Source: a virus (Duplodnaviria; Caudoviricetes). Taken from it: 64,000 nt of DNA. Below, one piece after another: positions 58,329 through 64,000 of the stretch (its first letter is position 1; each line of letters starts with the position of its first letter). The notes under the pieces are model-generated. The model was not told where the DNA came from. It made no database searches and saw nothing but the letters and a program-made list of their open reading frames with translations. The translations under genes and the position numbers were made by a program. The stretch is from positions 32,001 through 96,000 of the IMG/VR virus record IMGVR_UViG_3300012007_000001, one strand, 5' to 3'.

Positions 58329-58808
58329 ATGGCAAAGTACGGAGGCGAAGAATATAAGGACATGTACGGCATTCGTGAAATCAGATTCAGAGGCCGTGTG
58401 GTGAACATGTGCAAGGAACTGAGCACGGACTTATACACCATTGCAGAAGCATGGGTATATGGCGACTTGATTCAGGATGGCGAGAAATACTACATCAAAG
58501 ACAGGCATAGCATGAATCTTATACCTGTACCGAAGGAAACCATCTGTGAATATACTGGAGTCAACGGTTGCCATAGCAAGCTGTATGAAAACGACATCCT
58601 GAAAAGGGGCAAAAACCTGTATATTGTCACATGGAAAGAAGGTGCTTTCGGCCTTGAGAATGTCAAGACAGGGCGTTTCAAGCCGTTCTATCAGATTACG
58701 ACCATAACATATTGGGAAGATAACTATGAACATATCGGAAACACTATCGACAATCCTAACTTGATAAACAAAGATATATGCGAACAATTCAATTCAGAGC
58801 AAAGGTAA
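58329..58808 (+). CDS. YopX-family protein
   Basis: REIRFRG...WVYGDL...EYTG...YENDIL...IGNTIDNPNL. Confidence 0.85.
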   Translation: MAKYGGEEYKDMYGIREIRFRGRVVNMCKELSTDLYTIAEAWVYGDLIQDGEKYYIKDRHSMNLIPVPKETICEYTGVNGCHSKLYENDILKRGKNLYIVTWKEGAFGLENVKTGRFKPFYQITTITYWEDNYEHIGNTIDNPNLINKDICEQFNSEQR

Positions 58809-59209
58809 AAAAGACCCGTGCGGAAAACGCATTCGGTAAGAAGCCCGACGATGGCACTTGGGTTACAGGCGACTTGCATTATTACAATACAGGCCACCCG
58901 CATATTCATTACGACTTAAATCACCGAATTTCTGTTGATGTTGATACCGTCGGCCAGTACACAGGCATGTATGACTCCAACGGAAAGCAGATTTGGGAGG
59001 GTGACATCATCAAGGCTACCAACATTGAAGATAGCCCGAACCTTGGAAAAGAACTCTTGGGGTATGTCGGTTATGATGAAGAGATAGCCGCCTTTATCCT
59101 GATACACCCTGACGGCAAGCATGGCGGCACTTTGTATAAGAACAACGATTGCACCGTGCTGGAAGTAGTCGGAAATATCCATGACAACCCCGAACTCTTA
59201 AAAAAGTAG
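58778..59209 (+). CDS. YopX-family protein
   Basis: FRAK...WVTGDL...GQYTGMYDSNGKQIWEGDII...VVGNIHDNPELL. Confidence 0.88.
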   Translation: MRTIQFRAKVKKTRAENAFGKKPDDGTWVTGDLHYYNTGHPHIHYDLNHRISVDVDTVGQYTGMYDSNGKQIWEGDIIKATNIEDSPNLGKELLGYVGYDEEIAAFILIHPDGKHGGTLYKNNDCTVLEVVGNIHDNPELLKK

Positions 59210-59212
59210 GCA

Positions 59213-59605
59213 ATGAACAACGACGAACGCAAAATAGAGAATCTGAATAAGGTTTTCAAGCCTGAACAGGCTGCACAGATATACGTGGCCAACGTGCCTC
59301 TTTTGGAAGGCCATCAAGGATTTACATATTCGCAGATGCGCCAAACATTCACGGCTGGCGTGACATGGGCAAACGAACTGGAGAAACGAAGTTACAAATC
59401 CCGCTTCAATGAGGGATGGTGGAACTGCCTCGATTCTTTCTACCAGCAGACATCCAATGAATCAGCAGCATACAAGGTGATGGATGAAGCTGGCATTGCA
59501 GAGCGCGAGGTGCTATGGGCTATCAAGATGGGCATTGTCGGTGAAACGACAACTAACATGCTAAAGGAATATGCGAAAGACCGTTTTAATACAGATATGG
59601 TATGA
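59213..59605 (+). CDS. hypothetical protein
   Basis: ORF in operon. Confidence 0.55.
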   Translation: MNNDERKIENLNKVFKPEQAAQIYVANVPLLEGHQGFTYSQMRQTFTAGVTWANELEKRSYKSRFNEGWWNCLDSFYQQTSNESAAYKVMDEAGIAEREVLWAIKMGIVGETTTNMLKEYAKDRFNTDMV

Positions 59606-60192
59606 CAGACATTGAAATCAGATTGGAACTGGCAAAGGCCGCGTTAATGGGTAACATACCGCTGACGCTGCAAGAAGCCTACGAATTTGTGTCGAATGGC
59701 GTAAATGCAGAAAGAGCCGACATCGAAGAGCCTGCAAGCGGTGTGCCTAATCATCCTTTAGGTGACACCTACGAGGAACAGGAGGCAGCGGAAGAAAAGA
59801 TTGCCAACAATATCTACTGTTATATTCGCGGGATGAACAAATACGATGCCAATGAGATTATTCGCAACTTGCTCGACCCCCGACAAGTCAGTTTGAACTC
59901 TGCGACGAAGATTGCACGACTATTCATTACAGCACATGCCAAAGAAACCATTCTGCAAGAATTGAAGGATGGGAACATCAAAGGAACTGTGCCAGTCATG
60001 CGCGAAGTTGAAATTCGTCATGGATATACAAAGCCATACGAAATGACAAAACGCACACAGCCTGTCGGAAGCTATGAATTTGACGTGGCCTCCTTGGTGT
60101 ACTGGCTGACACAGCACTATCAATGCAGGGTGATAGACAGTAACCTGCAAAAGATTATTCGTGAATGTTGCAAAAAACATACTAAAAGATGA
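59602..60192 (+). CDS. hypothetical protein
   Basis: N-terminus MT..EIRLEL...AYEFV resembles an internal segment of the DGR target. Confidence 0.55.
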   Translation: MTDIEIRLELAKAALMGNIPLTLQEAYEFVSNGVNAERADIEEPASGVPNHPLGDTYEEQEAAEEKIANNIYCYIRGMNKYDANEIIRNLLDPRQVSLNSATKIARLFITAHAKETILQELKDGNIKGTVPVMREVEIRHGYTKPYEMTKRTQPVGSYEFDVASLVYWLTQHYQCRVIDSNLQKIIRECCKKHTKR

Positions 60193-60578
60193 GACAGATT
60201 AAATTCAGAGCGCAAGATATTGCGAGCAACAAGTGGTTGTATGGTGATTTGAGACACCATAAGGATGACGTTTGCATCTTCGAGCAGGGAAGCACGAAGG
60301 GCGAACAAGTGAAACGTGATACCGTCGGTCAGTTCACAGGTCTGCTTGATAAGAACGGGAAAGAAATATACGAAAGTGATATTATTTTATTAGGAAAGAA
60401 TAAAACCTATACTGCACAAATAGTATATCGAAATGATTCACTAAGAATTTATAGTGTTGGTGGATATTTTATTGGCGACCTTGATTACATTCGTCAATGC
60501 GGAATTGATTACTGCGAGGTCATTGGTAATATTCACGATAATCCTGAAATGGTTGATGAAATTAAAGAAAAAGTATGA
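60189..60578 (+). CDS. YopX-family protein
   Basis: IKFRA...WLYGDL...GQFTGLLDKNGKEIYESDI...VIGNIHDNPE. Confidence 0.9.
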   Translation: MRQIKFRAQDIASNKWLYGDLRHHKDDVCIFEQGSTKGEQVKRDTVGQFTGLLDKNGKEIYESDIILLGKNKTYTAQIVYRNDSLRIYSVGGYFIGDLDYIRQCGIDYCEVIGNIHDNPEMVDEIKEKV

Positions 60579-61240
60579 AAAAGATAAAAGCATTATGTAT
60601 CAAAGATTTATATGTAGATAGTAAGTGTATCTGCAAGATAGGTGACTACATTACAATGGAAGAAAAAGATTGTAGTTGGGAAAGTAAGCCTTTCATACCA
60701 AGAGAACCTGATGACTACGATAGTTTCATCTGCCATTGTAACTATATACATGCAAGGAAATTCAAGATGCAAAATTTATGGCTTGAAATCGAGTTCTTTG
60801 ACGGAGATAAAGCAGCCAGTCATTACAATGGTATTAACTTCAACGAATATTTCACTTTGGCAAACATGGAACTGACAGCAGAAAATGTAGAAAGAATCTA
60901 CAGCAAATGTGTTGCAAGCAATCCAACAAGTAAGGATGTTATTAAGGTCTGCGGTATAAAGAACACTGACATATACAGCAGTAAAGAACTGGAAAAGTAC
61001 AAAGAGGACATCAAGGCCATGCTTAACCAGTTACCTGACAATTTCAAAAAATCAATAGGAGGTGGATGGTCATTCTTGAACATGTGTATGCGCAAAGACG
61101 ATTACCAATGGACGGGATTACATAGAACAATGGAAAAACTCGTTACTATGGCCATTGCAATCAAAGCAGCCGAATTTATTTTACCACAAAAAATGTGGGG
61201 GATTCTCCCTGCTGGAATGCCTTATATTGCTATATTCTAA
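60575..61240 (+). CDS. two-domain hypothetical phage protein
   Basis: C-terminal GGGWSFLN.C...D..QWTG.H..ME.L...LP.GMPY. Confidence 0.6.
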   Translation: MKKIKALCIKDLYVDSKCICKIGDYITMEEKDCSWESKPFIPREPDDYDSFICHCNYIHARKFKMQNLWLEIEFFDGDKAASHYNGINFNEYFTLANMELTAENVERIYSKCVASNPTSKDVIKVCGIKNTDIYSSKELEKYKEDIKAMLNQLPDNFKKSIGGGWSFLNMCMRKDDYQWTGLHRTMEKLVTMAIAIKAAEFILPQKMWGILPAGMPYIAIF

Positions 61241-61251
61241 AATGGTGGATT

Positions 61252-61899
61252 ATGACTGATAACTTTGACAACTACAGAAAGCTGATTCAGCTGAACGGTG
61301 GCCTGCCCGATGACAACGAGCGAGGCACACTGGATAAATACTACGTCGTGGAACTGATGCGCCGTGGCAAGGATAATCCCGATATGCCAGCGGCCAACTA
61401 CCACTTTAAGAATTACTACATCTATTCATGGCGGGATTTGGCCAAGTACGAAGAGGAAATCAAGAATATCTGTGAACTGCTTCGCTTGCGGGCGTACTGC
61501 TCCGTAAATTACAAGCTGATGTCACAGGTCGCACTCGATACGATGGCCGAATCTGCAAGGCGCATTGCAGCCCATGACTTCAAGAAATTCTATGCAATCT
61601 TTGAGTCGTGTTCGGGCAAGTTCGTTGACCACAATAACGGCATGTGGGTTATTGACGTTGACGGCTGGGTGTCGGAAGATGACCTCTATGACTTGTGCAC
61701 CTACATCAACCGCATGGATTCGCGCTATGATGAGAAAGTCGTATTTGTGATGCCGACGCGGAACGGCGTACACCTGATTTGCAGGCCGTTCAATCTCAAG
61801 CAATACAAGGATGGATTCAGGGCGTTTTTCGGAAATCGCTATGATGAAATCCCTGAAATCAAGAAGAATCACTTAACATTGTTATACGAAAACCTGTAG
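61252..61899 (+). CDS. hypothetical protein with primase/polymerase-like motifs
   Basis: WVIDVD (DxD) and PTRNGVHLI. Confidence 0.5.
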   Translation: MTDNFDNYRKLIQLNGGLPDDNERGTLDKYYVVELMRRGKDNPDMPAANYHFKNYYIYSWRDLAKYEEEIKNICELLRLRAYCSVNYKLMSQVALDTMAESARRIAAHDFKKFYAIFESCSGKFVDHNNGMWVIDVDGWVSEDDLYDLCTYINRMDSRYDEKVVFVMPTRNGVHLICRPFNLKQYKDGFRAFFGNRYDEIPEIKKNHLTLLYENL

Positions 61900-61903
61900 G
61901 ATT

Positions 61904-62323
61904 ATGAAAGCATGTGATTTGATGATTGGGGATTACCTCAAATGGAACGGCAAACCGTACAGGGTTGCACAGGTAAGTACACCGACTGTAGCAGGTGACT
62001 TATATGATGGCTGGATGCTTGAAAACGGCGAGGAAGATGCTGGCGATGCAATACCTATTACTGCCACTATCCTGAAAAAGAATGGTTTCAGGGAAAAGCA
62101 TGTAGCCGACGAAATAGACCGCCAGTTTATCTATGATGGTGACAACGAAATCACTATCAAGGTGTATTTCAATTATATGCGTGGTGAAGATGGTGTTAAT
62201 GATATTGAGCGGCTGGTGCTTATGGAAGGTGCATTGTTTGAGATGAGCCTTTACATCAACTATGTTCACGAACTCCAACATGCACTTAGGCTTTGCGGAA
62301 TCAAAAAGACTATTGTACTATGA
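61904..62323 (+). CDS. conserved phage protein
   Basis: DLMIGD...PIT..ILKKNGF...YVHELQHALRLCGI. Confidence 0.65.
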   Translation: MKACDLMIGDYLKWNGKPYRVAQVSTPTVAGDLYDGWMLENGEEDAGDAIPITATILKKNGFREKHVADEIDRQFIYDGDNEITIKVYFNYMRGEDGVNDIERLVLMEGALFEMSLYINYVHELQHALRLCGIKKTIVL

Positions 62324-62896
62324 ATGATAAAGAAAAAATCAGAATCGAAGTCGAAAGACTGAAAGACGAAGCGAAGCAGAATCTTAGGCTTATCCCAAAT
62401 GAAAATATCGTTTGGGTTCAGCAGATGACGGTGTGCGACAAAATCCTGTATTTCATTGATAACTTACCAGTGGAAAGCAAGGTCAACATCAAATGCCCAC
62501 ACTACGATGAAATATATGGCTGCGGAATAAGCCCACAAAAGAAATGCGAGACATGCCAAAACAAGAATCTTTTGTTAGGCGTAGCCCAAAGCCCAAACTC
62601 TATGACAGAAGACATGGCCAACGATTTACTGAAAGCGATTGAGGATATGAATGAATCTTCTGCCCAATTCGATGCTGCAATGAAGGAAATGATACCTAAA
62701 ACCGTAGATAACTTTGCAGCCAACTTGATGCTAAAGCATGGTGAACGGTATGCACACTATCTTACAAAATATAGCAACGCATGGCCAATTATACGCTGGT
62801 ACTGGAAATGGATGATGCAGAAAGCCAAAAAGAAGCTGGATAATGCACAGGATTTCGCTGGTGAATGGATTGAGTTAAAGAAAAATCTATAAAGAT

Positions 62897-63196
62897 ATGG
62901 TTTGCTATAAGACAAGCAAGGATTATAAACGCCTGAAAGCCTTATTGGAAGCAGGTTATGAAGTCGTTTGCTTTACTACCTATGATTGGGGTAGCGGGTA
63001 TGAGGTTACTGATGTCTGTAGGGCGCGATTCGATGGTGAAAGATACCAAATATCAGCCCGTGGCATTGAATACTGCTGCTATTGGGCTGGAATGCACCGC
63101 TATAAATCCTTTGAGGATGCTTGCGAACAAAGCAAAATTGAATTTATTGAACCAACAATAACCAAAGAAGAAAATGAAACTAAAGAAGGGAAATAA
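62897..63196 (+). CDS. hypothetical protein
   Basis: ORF in operon. Confidence 0.55.
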   Translation: MVCYKTSKDYKRLKALLEAGYEVVCFTTYDWGSGYEVTDVCRARFDGERYQISARGIEYCCYWAGMHRYKSFEDACEQSKIEFIEPTITKEENETKEGK

Positions 63197-63557
63197 CTAC
63201 CAGTGCATCAAGGCTGCGAAGTTCAAGACTAATGAACTTAGCAATACATGGGTGGAAGTCGGAACAGTCCTATACTGCGAAGCCGACGGCATTCTCCTGC
63301 TGAATGACGGCAGACGAATCGCATGTAGTGGTGATGCAGGCGATATTTTTGTAAGGTATGAAACTCCTGAAGAAATAAAGCACTGGAAAGAAATTCGTGA
63401 GAAAGCGGCCATCGCAGCACTGCCTGCATCTGTTGAATGGGTAGGCGGTTTGATGAAAATGAGCGCACAAGCGGAACATGACACGATTCAGGGCGAGATA
63501 GCTGGATTTGCTGTCAGGCTGGCAGATGCACTGGTCAAAGAACTAAAAGAAGAATAG
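63174..63557 (+). CDS. hypothetical protein
   Basis: C-terminal W..IR..AAIAAL...AV.LADAL..EL. Confidence 0.6.
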   Translation: MKLKKGNNYQCIKAAKFKTNELSNTWVEVGTVLYCEADGILLLNDGRRIACSGDAGDIFVRYETPEEIKHWKEIREKAAIAALPASVEWVGGLMKMSAQAEHDTIQGEIAGFAVRLADALVKELKEE

Positions 63558-64000
63558 GTATGACAATAGGTGAAAAACTTTTGGAATTACACCCATACAA
63601 GCATGATGACGGTGTGTTTGAGTTCAAATACAATGTCCGAAACGACAATGGAACGATAACGAGAAAGTCATTCAAAGGCAGGCTCGACAATAAGTTTGTG
63701 GCAGCGGAAGATGGAAAGAACTGGCAGGACGAGCATTATAAACGCAAGCCAGCAAATTCTATGAAGATTGGCATTTGCAGAGAAACCCCATTGTGTGATG
63801 TGGTAAATTTCAGTGCCTTGATAGACCTAAGAATGGAACATGAGCGTTGGATTTACGAAAGCATATTGACGAAAATTGCCGTAGAAGGTGTTAAAATGAT
63901 TCGTCCGATAGTCATTCACACAAATAATGTAATGTGGCCTAATGACCAAGCGCATGGGAAATTACATACATACGGTTATGTTTATGTTCGCCAACAAAAT

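Noticed and set aside
1-64000. Stop-codon reassignment as in Lak or some crAss-like phages
   Set aside because: Conserved genes are full length in code 11, TAG and TGA end genes at tight operon junctions, and no suppressor tRNA is seen.

Overview
This window is part of a temperate Bacteroidota (Prevotella-like) phage using the standard genetic code. It appears to be in the excised/circular state, because an attP-like site (3' half of tRNA-His plus arm-type repeats, next to a tyrosine integrase) has phage genes on both sides. From right to left it holds accessory genes (51.5-64 kb), the integrase/attP/CI-like immunity region (47.6-51.5 kb) and a long leftward early operon. That operon contains tRNA-Glu and tRNA-Gln, Sak/Rad52-like, exonuclease, SSB, NinG, helicase, replication proteins, three MTases, dUTPase and many YopX and small genes. 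Next come a packaging module (ASCH, PAPS-reductase-like, ParB-like, small and large terminase, portal) and, at the left edge, a probable DGR target gene. The main novel candidate is at 11.7-13.5 kb: an initiator-type tRNA body (C1:A72 mismatch, A11-U24) carrying a GAC anticodon. Its whole anticodon loop is complementary to an identical GCUGA-GUC-AG motif that opens two downstream reading frames at GUC directly after an in-frame stop, suggesting a private GUC-start initiation system. A second candidate is an 8-copy, co-varying pseudoknot-like leader 8-11 nt upstream of start codons. Two further aberrant tRNA-like RNAs and two operator families were also seen. All calls are by eye; no database searches were run.
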